Virus record (IMG/VR): IMGVR_UViG_3300027819_000001
Coordinates: 17,541-81,540 of that record
Length of the DNA stretch: 64,000 nucleotides
Direction: 5' to 3' (one strand)
From: a virus
Lineage: Duplodnaviria; Caudoviricetes
Positions 30,049 through 39,265 of the stretch are shown here, piece by piece. The position numbers and the translations under genes were made by a program. The stretch's first letter is position 1. The number at the start of each line of letters is the position of its first letter. The notes under the pieces were generated by a model. It did no database searches, was not told where the DNA came from, and saw nothing but the letters and a program-made list of their open reading frames with translations.

Positions 30049-30219
30049 TTACTTCTTGTAGCTGAGGACCGCCGAGACGCCAGGAGACTTGCCTTTCTTG
30101 GCTGGTTCTTCCTTTGGTTTCTCCTCCGTCTTGGCTTCCTTTTCGTCCTCGCAGGCTACCATCTTCATGCGCCCGCCACAATGTGGGCATTCGGCTTCAC
30201 TGGCATTTTGGCCTTTCAT
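30049..30219 (-). CDS. Small CxxC protein (56 aa)
   Basis: Hand translation MKGQNASEAECPHCGG...; stop abuts the portal ATG. Confidence 0.55.
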   Translation of the reverse strand: MKGQNASEAECPHCGGRMKMVACEDEKEAKTEEKPKEEPAKKGKSPGVSAVLSYKK

Positions 30220-30227
30220 GGTTGGCA

Positions 30228-30256
30228 CTATTAGTTTGTTTCAGTCAGAGAGGCAA
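30228..30256 (-). promoter_or_regulatory. Putative sigma70-like promoter for the head operon
   Basis: TTGCCT-N17-TAATAG. Confidence 0.45.
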
Positions 30257-30274
30257 GGTTAATATCCTCCGCTC

Positions 30275-31876
30275 ATGGCGAAGAAGAATACGGCTACGGT
30301 TACGAGAACTCCTGTTCCTTGGGATGTCCTATTCCCAAAACAGATGCAGGTTTTCAATTGCTTCAAACACATCCTTTTGATCAGCGGTTCAAGGTTGGGA
30401 GGCAAAACTCATAGCGCCATCTTTAAGGTGGTAAGGCATCTCTGGGAGACTCCAGGCGCCCGAGTTGGGGTGTTCGCAAAATCAAAGACTCTCGCCAAGG
30501 ATGGTGGTTCATGGAACAAGCTGGTGAACGAAACAATACCGTTCTGGATTACGTGCGGATTGACTGGCATGAGTCCGGAAGTGTCGATGCAGTACACGTC
30601 AGTGAATCGCCAAGGTCTTCCAGGCCAGATCCAGGATTCGGCAACAAGAACTTCCATTGCTACCATCCGCAATTACTGGGGAGGCGAATCATCGGCCATG
30701 CTCTTCTCCATCGAGCACGACCAGGAAATCTTCGACAAGGTGAAAAACAAGGAGTTCAGCATGGTTTGGGTGATCGAGCTTTCCATGTTCAAGGATCCGA
30801 ACATCCTGGCTGCTCTCCTCCTCACACTCCGCGTTGAACATCTCCGCCCGCAGAACGGTGAGCCTGATACCAAGCGCCAATTCATCGCCGATACCAATCC
30901 CGATGAAGAGCAGGGTGATGAGTCCTGGATCTACCAGACGTTCTACAAACTCCGGAATGAAAAACCTCAGGCTGGCAAGGAGTTGACGGAAGGAGAGAAG
31001 TTCGCTGAACGGTACCGGTCAATGATGGAGGTAATCGAGTTCTTTATCGAGGACAATCCCACCGTGACCGAAGATCAAAAGGCCATTCTTTGGACACAAT
31101 GCCAGAGCGACCCAATGCTGCACGACTCCTGGTTCTACGGCAAATGGGGAGCAGGTTGCCGTCAGAAGGACCGTCACTTCTCAGACATTTTCCAGAAAGA
31201 GATTCACGTCATCAAAGGGGAACTTGAAGACTACGACATCGAGATCAATCCCATGTCCACCCGACTATACACTGGATGGGATATCGGACTTGCCCACCAC
31301 GCCGCCGTCATCATCGACATCTGGTACCGAAAGGAGATCAGGAACGGCGAGGAGATCAACGTGGCCTGCTTTTCTATCCTGGAGGAACATTGTGCTGACA
31401 AGGAGCAGATCACCCTTCACGAATACGCCACGGAGTTCATGAAGAAGCTTGAGAACATCGAGAAGGCACACGGTAAGACCTACTCCATCATTTCCTACGC
31501 AGACGACAGCGCAACGAACGTCCACCGTCCGACATCGGGCACGTTCGACAACGTTCACATCTCCGTGGCCAGCAAAGGAAGAATTGAATTGATCGGGACT
31601 CCAAAGCCTGTTGGAAGTCAGGAGGTAAGGGTTGACCTTGTAAGGGTGCTCCTCAAGGAGCAGCGGATATTCATCGCTGCCAGGTGCGTTCGAATGATCG
31701 AGATGTTCATGAAACTACGCCGAAGCAAGAAGGAGTTCATCGTTTGGGGAGATTACAAGCATATCTTTGATGCTCTTTCCTACGCCTTGTACGAGGAAAT
31801 GCAACGAATCGAAATCTTCAAGGAACAGTATCCTGGGGCTTCAAGCGCCCCCACGTCTGGCGTTTCTATCCGCTGA
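30275..31876 (+). CDS. terL: Terminase large subunit
   Basis: Walker A SGSRLGGKT, Walker B-like WVIE, DTNP coupling motif, nuclease GWDIG and HIFDALSY. Confidence 0.9.
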   Translation: MAKKNTATVTRTPVPWDVLFPKQMQVFNCFKHILLISGSRLGGKTHSAIFKVVRHLWETPGARVGVFAKSKTLAKDGGSWNKLVNETIPFWITCGLTGMSPEVSMQYTSVNRQGLPGQIQDSATRTSIATIRNYWGGESSAMLFSIEHDQEIFDKVKNKEFSMVWVIELSMFKDPNILAALLLTLRVEHLRPQNGEPDTKRQFIADTNPDEEQGDESWIYQTFYKLRNEKPQAGKELTEGEKFAERYRSMMEVIEFFIEDNPTVTEDQKAILWTQCQSDPMLHDSWFYGKWGAGCRQKDRHFSDIFQKEIHVIKGELEDYDIEINPMSTRLYTGWDIGLAHHAAVIIDIWYRKEIRNGEEINVACFSILEEHCADKEQITLHEYATEFMKKLENIEKAHGKTYSIISYADDSATNVHRPTSGTFDNVHISVASKGRIELIGTPKPVGSQEVRVDLVRVLLKEQRIFIAARCVRMIEMFMKLRRSKKEFIVWGDYKHIFDALSYALYEEMQRIEIFKEQYPGASSAPTSGVSIR

Positions 31877-32260
31877 TGCTCGTTCGAAGATCTTCGAGTA
31901 AAGCTGCCGCTGATGTCCCTTTGAACCGTAGACATGGAGGAACTGTCCCCTCCGAAGGTAATCCATCTGCCGCTTTGGTTTCAGCAGGTCAACACCACAA
32001 GCCTTTGAAAACCTCATTATCACGTCGATAGTGAACCCGGACCAGGATGTCCGGTTCGATAGACGATGGACAGTGTTCTTGGAAATCGACGCTAAGACCG
32101 CTATTTGGGCATTGGAGAGGCTTTTACGACCCCGGCCTGTCCTGGCAAGGAGACGGCATATGCAAGGTGGTACGCGGTCTAGGCACTCAAGGATCGATTG
32201 TGGCATGTCAACCGTGCTCAGAATACCCGACTGGCCCAGGTTGATTGATCGGTTCTCCAT
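31841..32260 (-). CDS. XRE-like HTH protein
   Basis: LSNAQIAVLASISKNTVHRL helix-turn-helix pattern. Confidence 0.55.
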   Translation of the reverse strand: MENRSINLGQSGILSTVDMPQSILECLDRVPPCICRLLARTGRGRKSLSNAQIAVLASISKNTVHRLSNRTSWSGFTIDVIMRFSKACGVDLLKPKRQMDYLRRGQFLHVYGSKGHQRQLYSKIFERASADRNARRGGA

Positions 32261-32326
32261 TTGGTCCTGTCTTGGGAGCCGTTGAGCAACCAGCCAGGAG
32301 GAGCAGCAGGATGGCGAGTGTTGTCT

Positions 32327-32797
32327 TCATAGGACGGTGAATGAAATTGAATCGACTTCGGTTTTGGAAAGGAACACTTGAGTTTTTGGCTGCGCGTCAA
32401 AATAGACGAATTCTCGGGTGTCCCAGTTGTCTCCATCCTGTACCAGCGCGAAGTTGATGGCGTGCTTTCGAGCCTCTGGATCCTCGTTTGTTGGATCGTT
32501 CGCGAGGTCACGCGTGTATCCCAGGACCCCAAATGCCAAGCCTTGATCGGGTCCTGGAGTTTTGATCTGGGCCTCGCTGGCGAACACCATTGCCCCAAAG
32601 CTGAATACCCCGCATGGGTTCTTGCCGAAGCTGTACAGGTTTGTGCCAGTGATGCGTTGCCGCTCAGCCAGTTCAGCAGGAAATTGCTCGAACAACCATT
32701 TCCTGGATGGCAGGGCATAGTCGTTGTGGATAAAGATGGAACGCGGACGGGCGATCCCGCGCTCATTCATGGTATTCCAGATTTGTTCCCAGATCAT
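32327..32797 (-). CDS. Papain/transglutaminase-like (agglutinin C-terminal-like) protein; candidate lysis enzyme
   Basis: Candidate triad NPC / KHAIN / YFDAQ; adjacent to holin-like and lipoprotein genes. Confidence 0.5.
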   Translation of the reverse strand: MIWEQIWNTMNERGIARPRSIFIHNDYALPSRKWLFEQFPAELAERQRITGTNLYSFGKNPCGVFSFGAMVFASEAQIKTPGPDQGLAFGVLGYTRDLANDPTNEDPEARKHAINFALVQDGDNWDTREFVYFDAQPKTQVFLSKTEVDSISFTVL

Positions 32798-33186
32798 GGC
32801 TTTACCTCCGGGGGTGAGACCTGGCTGGTCACAACAGGCGCGGGTTGGGTTATCTGGGTGGTGATTCGAGTACCGGTACCGGTTCCTTCATCGGTCGCAT
32901 CATCCGCCGCCTGTCGGTTCATGTGGGCCGCAAAGGAGGTGGATCGGAATGTCTTAAAGGCCAGGATGGATTGGCCCATCACGAAACTGAATACACGCAA
33001 CCAAAATAGCAGGGCAGCCGAAATATACTTGGCAGCTTCATCGGTTCCGAGCGCAGCCGATGTAGCGGTGAAAAATGCAATGGCGACGTACGTCCCGCCA
33101 TCAATCCTCAGCGCCATGGCTTGGCGCTTGATTCTATCGCGGCGAAAAGCCGGATCGATTCGAGCGAAATGTTCCGTATCGGTCAC
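32794..33186 (-). CDS. Holin-like membrane protein
   Basis: Two TM-like segments; ...ILAFKTFRS motif. Confidence 0.5.
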   Translation of the reverse strand: MTDTEHFARIDPAFRRDRIKRQAMALRIDGGTYVAIAFFTATSAALGTDEAAKYISAALLFWLRVFSFVMGQSILAFKTFRSTSFAAHMNRQAADDATDEGTGTGTRITTQITQPAPVVTSQVSPPEVKP

Positions 33187-33488
33187 GGGATTGGTTTAGC
33201 GCCCTTGGCAGCGCCTTCAGCGGCCTTACCTACCACATCACTGAGACCATCCATGATGGCCTTGGCGAAGTCCGCATCAGGCGAGGTGTTTCCCTCTTTG
33301 ATCTGGAGACCAGTCTCGGTCGTCTTGGTGACATGGCCAATCGAGAAACCCTTCACGGCAGAGGTCGAGAAGTAGGTTTTCATGGATCCTTTGGTGGTGA
33401 GGCCCGTCTTGGGATCGGTCTTCTCATACGTCACGGAGGCACAGCCAGAGCAGAGCAGCAGGAGAATTGGCGTGATCATGATCTTCAT
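33183..33488 (-). CDS. Lipoprotein (spanin-like position)
   Basis: Lipobox LLLLCSGC after the start MKIMITP. Confidence 0.65.
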   Translation of the reverse strand: MKIMITPILLLLCSGCASVTYEKTDPKTGLTTKGSMKTYFSTSAVKGFSIGHVTKTTETGLQIKEGNTSPDADFAKAIMDGLSDVVGKAAEGAAKGAKPIP

Positions 33489-33534
33489 GTCTTGATCGTG
33501 CCCCAACCACAGAACAACGTCCAGACAATTCAAA

Positions 33535-33864
33535 TCATGGTTTTTTCATGAGCACTTGGTATATGCTCCACATTAAACCGGCCATCGTCACGATGGCGAT
33601 CCAGGCCCCATGGATGCGGTACATCTGGCGTTGCATCTCGGCCAGCGTATTGGAGATGCTTTCCATGCTTTTCTCCATCCGTCCCATCGACTCCGCCTGG
33701 AGCCGGAAATCCGCGATCAAGCCTGGCTGACCTTCGCGGCCTCTCAGGATGTCGTCATGAATCTCCAGGGCCTCGGCTTGGGCGTCAAGCCGCTGCTCCA
33801 GCGAACCCATCCGGACCGCCATGGTCTCGACCGAAGCTGTCAATTCGCTGATGTCTTTGATCAT
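33535..33864 (-). CDS. Coiled-coil protein with C-terminal TM (holin/XhlA-like)
   Basis: Heptads followed by GAWIAIVTMAGLMWSIY. Confidence 0.6.
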   Translation of the reverse strand: MIKDISELTASVETMAVRMGSLEQRLDAQAEALEIHDDILRGREGQPGLIADFRLQAESMGRMEKSMESISNTLAEMQRQMYRIHGAWIAIVTMAGLMWSIYQVLMKKP

Positions 33865-34204
33865 TTCGCCGCATTCTCAATCGTGAGCTTCTTGGCCTCA
33901 CTGGCCGCCTGGAAATCGCTCAGGACTTTTGCGGCCCGGTCAGCATCAGCCTGGCCCGCGTAGCTGTTCAAGATGTCCTGCACGCGCAGCACCAGGTAGG
34001 CTGTTGGTGTGACGGCAACCCAATTCGTATTTGACGCAAGCTGAGCAGCATTGAATTTAGCCGTGATGGTGTCCAGGCCGTTGGCTTGGTCGTAAGGGTC
34101 AGCGTAAGCGTGAGATTGCCAGCGATGGTCTTGGCGCGAAGCTGGTCAACCAAGAAGGTCAGGCAGATGCACGCGATGACGAGAAGGAAGTGTTTTGTTT
34201 TCAT
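33861..34204 (-). pseudogene. Secreted protein interrupted by a 1-nt deletion
   Basis: Signal-peptide frame shifts near 34093 into DQANGLDT...ENAAK, ending at a TGA that overlaps the next ATG; span 344 = 3n-1. Confidence 0.6.
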
Positions 34205-34206
34205 GG

Positions 34207-35910
34207 TTAGAATGGTTTTGCAATCCCGGTTATCGTTCCAGAAGTTACGACAATCTTGCCACTAGCTTGCAGTGGGATATAGCGATCAAAGAATATCGAA
34301 ACAGTGTCAAGATTTGTCCAGAATGCTCCGGCACTATCATGTAAAACATAGGTCACGTTTGTTCCACTGATCAGGGCGTAGGAATTGAAAGCTGAATTTG
34401 TAATCCCGGTTGCGGTGAGGGTCAAGGCGGTGACGTTGGAGGAGGAGATTCCAGGTGACGAAACCACTCCAGCAAATACAGCAGCCGTCAAATTAAGAGA
34501 AAGAGCGGTTGGCGTCCCTACGGTAAATCTATGTAGTGTTGATTCGGGTGTGTAATAATGGAAGTCTGTACCATCTTTGTATATACTATAAGAAGTCCCG
34601 CTTGAACCAGCGCCATGGAAGTTAATAGCCGATCCAGATTGTAAAATAATTTCGTTGTTTCCAAGCATTGAGAGATCACCGTTTGTCGCCCAGCGTGACA
34701 TTACGGAACCTCCACCCCAGACGTTCACCGGCCCCCCCGTCCCAGTTCCCAGTGCCTCATGGCCGATATGCAGGCCAGCGGAGTCTGCTGCGATGAAGCC
34801 GCGCTCGTAGTTGGAGGAGTCGGTAAATGTGCCATACACATATACAATATTTGTAGAGGTTGAATTGATGAATGAATTCACGCCACTAGCGCCAATCACG
34901 AAGCGTGCAAAGCCACTGCTGGATTGAAGCGTTAATCCGCCATCAAACGGCGCTAGCATTTGGCTTCGGCCTGTCCAGCCGTGGATACCCGTCGCACCAG
35001 CATTGATGTCTGACGAGCCCGTAATGGTTCCCGCCACGCCCAGCGTTCCCGCCACATCCAGCGTGTAGCCCGGCGCGTTCGTCATGATGCCGATCTTGCC
35101 CGTCGAGACCGTTGTGTTGGTTCCCTCCAAGCCAGTGCCGAAGATGGCGTTCGCGATGGCAAGCTGGTTGTCGTTGGTGGCGTTCGGGGCCACAATCCAT
35201 TCTCCGATCAGGGTATTCCTGCTCCCAGTCGTGATTCCACCCGACGCGTACCCCAGGATGATGTTTCCAACTCCGGTCGTGATGCCTGCCCCGGAGCCCG
35301 ATATGGACCCGCTACTGGCCCCTGCGCCAATCGCCACGTTGTTTGAACTGGTCGTGCTGGCCGAAAGTGCTCTCTTGCCAAGAGCAGTATTGAGACGGCT
35401 TGAACCGCCCCCTCCTGCGCTGGTACCGATTATTGTGTTGTCGTATCCCGTATCCAGACCAGCCCCTGCGTTCTTGCCTATGCCGAGGTTGCTGTTCCCA
35501 GTCGTCAGACCACTCAAGGCCCCCGATCCAATCGCCACATTCCCGGTATTGGTCGCGCCATTACCGGTTCCTGCCGTCCCGATTGCGATCGAGAGATCGT
35601 TCGTGTCGTTGCCACTGCCACGGATCAGCAGTCCATTGACGGAAAGCGTGCCCGGCACCGTGATGTTGGTCGTGCCCTGCTGGGTCGCGATGGAGTCCCG
35701 TAGGTTATTGGTTCCAGTAAAGATCGCAAGATGGTTGGCCGTCCCAACCGCATTCGTGCCAACAGTTCCGCTTCCAGAACCTGTTCCTGGCCGTATCACT
35801 TCCGCACCGAATGGGTCCCAGATGAAACAAAGAGCCAATAGCAGACATGAGATGACGATGATGAGCGCAGAGCGTGCCCACCTTTGAGTGGAATTGTTTT
35901 GAGTGTTCAT
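34207..35910 (-). CDS. Fibre/adhesin-like protein with N-terminal signal/TM and YadA-head-like N.AIG repeats
   Basis: ALIIVISCLLLALCFIW hydrophobic stretch; NVAIG..AL / NT.IG repeats; GKIGI.T.APGY.LDV motif. Confidence 0.7.
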   Translation of the reverse strand: MNTQNNSTQRWARSALIIVISCLLLALCFIWDPFGAEVIRPGTGSGSGTVGTNAVGTANHLAIFTGTNNLRDSIATQQGTTNITVPGTLSVNGLLIRGSGNDTNDLSIAIGTAGTGNGATNTGNVAIGSGALSGLTTGNSNLGIGKNAGAGLDTGYDNTIIGTSAGGGGSSRLNTALGKRALSASTTSSNNVAIGAGASSGSISGSGAGITTGVGNIILGYASGGITTGSRNTLIGEWIVAPNATNDNQLAIANAIFGTGLEGTNTTVSTGKIGIMTNAPGYTLDVAGTLGVAGTITGSSDINAGATGIHGWTGRSQMLAPFDGGLTLQSSSGFARFVIGASGVNSFINSTSTNIVYVYGTFTDSSNYERGFIAADSAGLHIGHEALGTGTGGPVNVWGGGSVMSRWATNGDLSMLGNNEIILQSGSAINFHGAGSSGTSYSIYKDGTDFHYYTPESTLHRFTVGTPTALSLNLTAAVFAGVVSSPGISSSNVTALTLTATGITNSAFNSYALISGTNVTYVLHDSAGAFWTNLDTVSIFFDRYIPLQASGKIVVTSGTITGIAKPF

Positions 35911-36266
35911 GCTATGAAGTTTTCGTCCCACACGAGGAGCACCCCATCACCAACGGCCCCACGGACGTAGAGCGTTTTGAGATTCTTCTGCATTCCCGGA
36001 TCCGCCCGATATGCAAGTGCTGCTCCGGACGCGAGTGTGTCTGGCTGAGAATCTGCAAACCATCCGAGGTTAACGGTATCTGTGTTTGGGGTGTCGCCGC
36101 TGGCAGAAGTGGCCTTCACTCCGTAGACATTTACGAGTTTGACGTACTTGTCTTCGGTCGTGACAAGCTCAGGATCGGTTGAGGCCAAGACCTTCATGAT
36201 CTTCGACGTTCCTCTGGCCGGGGGTCTTACCAGACTGCCGATAAATGGGTTGATGGCATCGCTCAT
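35907..36266 (-). CDS. Hypothetical (possible virion decoration) protein
   Basis: Beta-rich; ATGA-coupled to the adhesin-like gene. Confidence 0.55.
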   Translation of the reverse strand: MSDAINPFIGSLVRPPARGTSKIMKVLASTDPELVTTEDKYVKLVNVYGVKATSASGDTPNTDTVNLGWFADSQPDTLASGAALAYRADPGMQKNLKTLYVRGAVGDGVLLVWDENFIA

Positions 36267-36277
36267 GGAGCGAACGA

Positions 36278-36817
36278 TTACTCTTTGGGCGGGCCATTTG
36301 CAACGCTAAAGTTGTTAACCTGGTTCTGCACTTGCTGGACGACAGCGCCAGGAATGAAGCTCGGATGCTTGGGTGTGTCCGGTTCTCTCATCTCAATTTG
36401 CCTGCCCTGAACATCCTTGGTGGCCTTCATTAGGCGCGCCACACTTCCGTTCAATGAAGCCATTGTTTTCGCCAGACTCGCTATCTCTTGCGGATCTGAA
36501 TCAGGATTTTCAATGAGAGCTTGGAGACGGTTGTTCAGACCAACTGCCGCACCAACGCTGGCCTGAAGAGTGATTACGCCAGAGCCGGTGGTGAGCTTCA
36601 CGATACCGGCCAAACCGGCCTCCCTTCCAACCGTCTTGAGCGCCCTTATTTGATCGGCCCCAACCCGCATCATCCCGATGTCCCGGAGAGCCTTTGCCAT
36701 CTCCGTTTCGTTGCGTCGCTCCATCCGCTTTGTCGGCAGCGCAATCGGATGACCACTCAACTGATGTTTGGTTTTTAGATCATCCGGGATGATCAGTTCT
36801 GTGTTTTCTTCGCTCAT
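36278..36817 (-). CDS. Hypothetical protein
   Basis: Helical ORF in the operon; weak candidate for small terminase. Confidence 0.55.
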   Translation of the reverse strand: MSEENTELIIPDDLKTKHQLSGHPIALPTKRMERRNETEMAKALRDIGMMRVGADQIRALKTVGREAGLAGIVKLTTGSGVITLQASVGAAVGLNNRLQALIENPDSDPQEIASLAKTMASLNGSVARLMKATKDVQGRQIEMREPDTPKHPSFIPGAVVQQVQNQVNNFSVANGPPKE

Positions 36818-36855
36818 AAATCACGCTCCCGTTCAGTTCTTCCTTCCAACCATAC

Positions 36856-37995
36856 TCACTGCTTCCCGTCTTTTCCCAGAACCAACAGTTCTTCATCTCG
36901 AACTTTGCTGCCAGCCACATCACGCAACCGCAACCGTTCAGCGTGCTGGCCCCACGTAAGAGGACCTTTGTTCGGGTTATATTCCCACAGGTTCCGAATG
37001 TACGGTCGAAATTCGGACATCTTCGACACCCATTTAATCTCGACACGTAAAGGCGCCACGGGGAGCGGGTAAAGATTGGTATTCCACACAGGAACAGGAA
37101 GTGCATACCACCGTACTTTAGGAGCCGGAAGAATCCGATCTCGCGGTGAAGAATAGGCAATACGACCATCGTCGCGATCAGCCAATGAGAAAAACGGAGC
37201 ATTGAGCGTCGCGCACCACGTCCGATACGCTCTCCAAATCGTCGGCAACATCGCCTTGATCGTTTCAACCTGTCGTTCATGATAAACCGCCATTCGTTTC
37301 TTGCTGGCGGCAAATGCCTTTCGCTTCTCTCGAACCGCTACCATTTTGAACCACGACAGGTTCGGAGAAAACTCCAGTGTCCACTGATAGCGTCTCTCCT
37401 TCTTATCGAACGCCCTCAGCTTTTCATCCAGCAAATTCCGGCCAATGCGTTCGAATTCCTCCTGCCGAGTGCTTGGACCACTATTGTCGGAGTCGATGTC
37501 CCAAAGGACTTCCTTCCAGTTGCCACGGAGAGGGAACGCCGCCAGCCTCGCGAACTTGAAATTGACCACTGATCCGTAGTTGAGAATGCAATGGGCCATG
37601 GTCTCGCAGATCATCGTCCACATCACATCCGCCGCTTCCAGGTTGATGAAGATCCCCCGCCCGACAAGTTCGTTTAGGAAATCGTCGTCCTCCTTGTGGC
37701 GCTCGCTACGAAACTGCTTGATGTACGCGTCCGGGTTCCAAACCACCACGTCCTCAGGATCCTTCTCTTCCGATCGTACCGCCACATCCTCCAGCTTGTG
37801 CCGTTGGATGTACCAGGATGTCTCGTCTTTCTGTTCGTGGACGACCTGCCGAAGCAAATCGAGGAGAATCACCTTTTGCTTTTTGAGAAGCGGGATGTCC
37901 GGGAGTTGGATCGTCAGCATATCCGTCCCTTCAGGCACTTCGACCTTGAGAGGAAATCGCCACCAATCGCTTTTTACCGTCCAAAGTTCAGTCAT
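36856..37995 (-). CDS. Hypothetical protein (379 aa), first gene of the leftward unit
   Basis: Long ORF; no secure motif. Confidence 0.65.
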   Translation of the reverse strand: MTELWTVKSDWWRFPLKVEVPEGTDMLTIQLPDIPLLKKQKVILLDLLRQVVHEQKDETSWYIQRHKLEDVAVRSEEKDPEDVVVWNPDAYIKQFRSERHKEDDDFLNELVGRGIFINLEAADVMWTMICETMAHCILNYGSVVNFKFARLAAFPLRGNWKEVLWDIDSDNSGPSTRQEEFERIGRNLLDEKLRAFDKKERRYQWTLEFSPNLSWFKMVAVREKRKAFAASKKRMAVYHERQVETIKAMLPTIWRAYRTWCATLNAPFFSLADRDDGRIAYSSPRDRILPAPKVRWYALPVPVWNTNLYPLPVAPLRVEIKWVSKMSEFRPYIRNLWEYNPNKGPLTWGQHAERLRLRDVAGSKVRDEELLVLGKDGKQ

Positions 37996-38011
37996 CCGTT
38001 GTCCGTTGAAT

Positions 38012-38084
38012 TGGCCACCCCTGGGCTCGCACCAGGACCTCCCACCACTGGTTTGATGGTCGTCCTACTTTAGACCAGGCAGCC
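38012..38084 (-). tRNA. tRNA-like element / pseudo-tRNA with a non-canonical anticodon loop (CAAACCA) and no encoded CCA
   Basis: Cloverleaf by hand: acceptor GGCTGCC/GGTGGCC, D stem GTCT/GGAC, anticodon stem ACCAT/GTGGT, T arm CCTGG-TGCGAGC-CCAGG, discriminator A; 73 nt. Confidence 0.7.
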
Positions 38085-38136
38085 GTTAAAAAGCTGCGCC
38101 GGGAGATCCCGAACGCAGCCCCAGGAATACACGCGA

Positions 38137-38164
38137 TTGACAAATATCGTCGATTCTTTAGGCT
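38137..38164 (+). promoter_or_regulatory. Sigma70-like promoter for the recombination/replication unit
   Basis: TTGACA-N16-TAGGCT. Confidence 0.6.
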
Positions 38165-38182
38165 GTCCATGAAAATTACGGC

Positions 38183-38206
38183 AACGGCTTACGGACACGA
38201 TATATG
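38183..38206 (+). promoter_or_regulatory. ACGG-repeat motif copy (AACGGCTTACGGACACGATAT-ATG)
   Basis: Matches the copies at 19770 and 47736. Confidence 0.6.
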
Positions 38207-39265
38207 AAAACCTTCAGCAGAAATCCCTCTATGAGCGATCAAAACCCCTCACAAGCACTCACCGTCCATCATGAAAACATGGCGGTTTCAGCGCCTCTCA
38301 CCCTCCGGGAAATCAAAGATCAGGTCAACCTTATCCAGCAGGTCATGCGTGACGTGATGGTTGACGGTGAGCACTACGGCACGATTCCTGGCACGAACAA
38401 GGACAAGAAATCCCTTCTTAAACCAGGAGCAGAAAAGCTCTGCCTCACGTTTCGGTTCGCTCCGTCCTACGAATTGACGAAAACCGATCTCGGTGGTGGC
38501 CACGTCGATTACGAAATGGTCTGCACGCTTAGGACGATCCAGAGCGGAACCATCGTTGGGCAAGGACTTGGGTCCTGCAACACTCGGGAAAAGAAATACC
38601 TTTATCGCCCTGGTCCGGTTGAATTCACAGGTCAACCGGTTCCGCAGGCGTATTGGGATATGCGCAAGTCCAATCCTAAGCAGGCCCAGGAATCTATTGG
38701 AGGCGTCGGATTTGCGGCAGCAAAGAATCCAGAAAATGGTTTCTATGAAATTGCCATCAAAGGAGAGACAATCGAACACGACAATCCAGCGGACTACTAC
38801 AACACGTGCCTGAAAATGTGTACCAAGAGAGCACTGGTAGCAGCCATCCTGACAGCCACCGCCGCCTCCGACATCTTTGTTCAGGACCTCGATGATGATC
38901 CTGATGATCTCCCGGAAGACGCCAAGCCAAAGCCTGAGGCAAAGACCACCCCGGCGAAGAAGACCGAACCTGCCAAGGATGCTCCCAAAGATCCACTAAA
39001 GGAACCTGCCAAGGCTCCCGAAGGCAAAGCTCCGGAAGCTGCTGGTGGTTGGAAGGAAGTCGCGATCCACTTCGGGAAGAACAAGGGTATCAAGCTTGGC
39101 GCTCTCGAAGACAACTCGCTCAACTGGTATATCGAGAACTTCGAACCGAAGGAATACAACGGCAAGTTCCAGCAAAATGACCTTGACCTCCGTGCTGCCC
39201 TTAACCAGGCAGCGAATGAACTGGAACAGGGTGCCAACAAGAACAACGAACCTCCCGCCCAATGA
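38204..39265 (+). CDS. Single-strand annealing / recombinase-like protein
   Basis: EHYG.IPG..KKSLLKPGAEKL and NT.LKM..KRALV.A.L motifs; next to an exonuclease. Confidence 0.75.
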   Translation: MKTFSRNPSMSDQNPSQALTVHHENMAVSAPLTLREIKDQVNLIQQVMRDVMVDGEHYGTIPGTNKDKKSLLKPGAEKLCLTFRFAPSYELTKTDLGGGHVDYEMVCTLRTIQSGTIVGQGLGSCNTREKKYLYRPGPVEFTGQPVPQAYWDMRKSNPKQAQESIGGVGFAAAKNPENGFYEIAIKGETIEHDNPADYYNTCLKMCTKRALVAAILTATAASDIFVQDLDDDPDDLPEDAKPKPEAKTTPAKKTEPAKDAPKDPLKEPAKAPEGKAPEAAGGWKEVAIHFGKNKGIKLGALEDNSLNWYIENFEPKEYNGKFQQNDLDLRAALNQAANELEQGANKNNEPPAQ

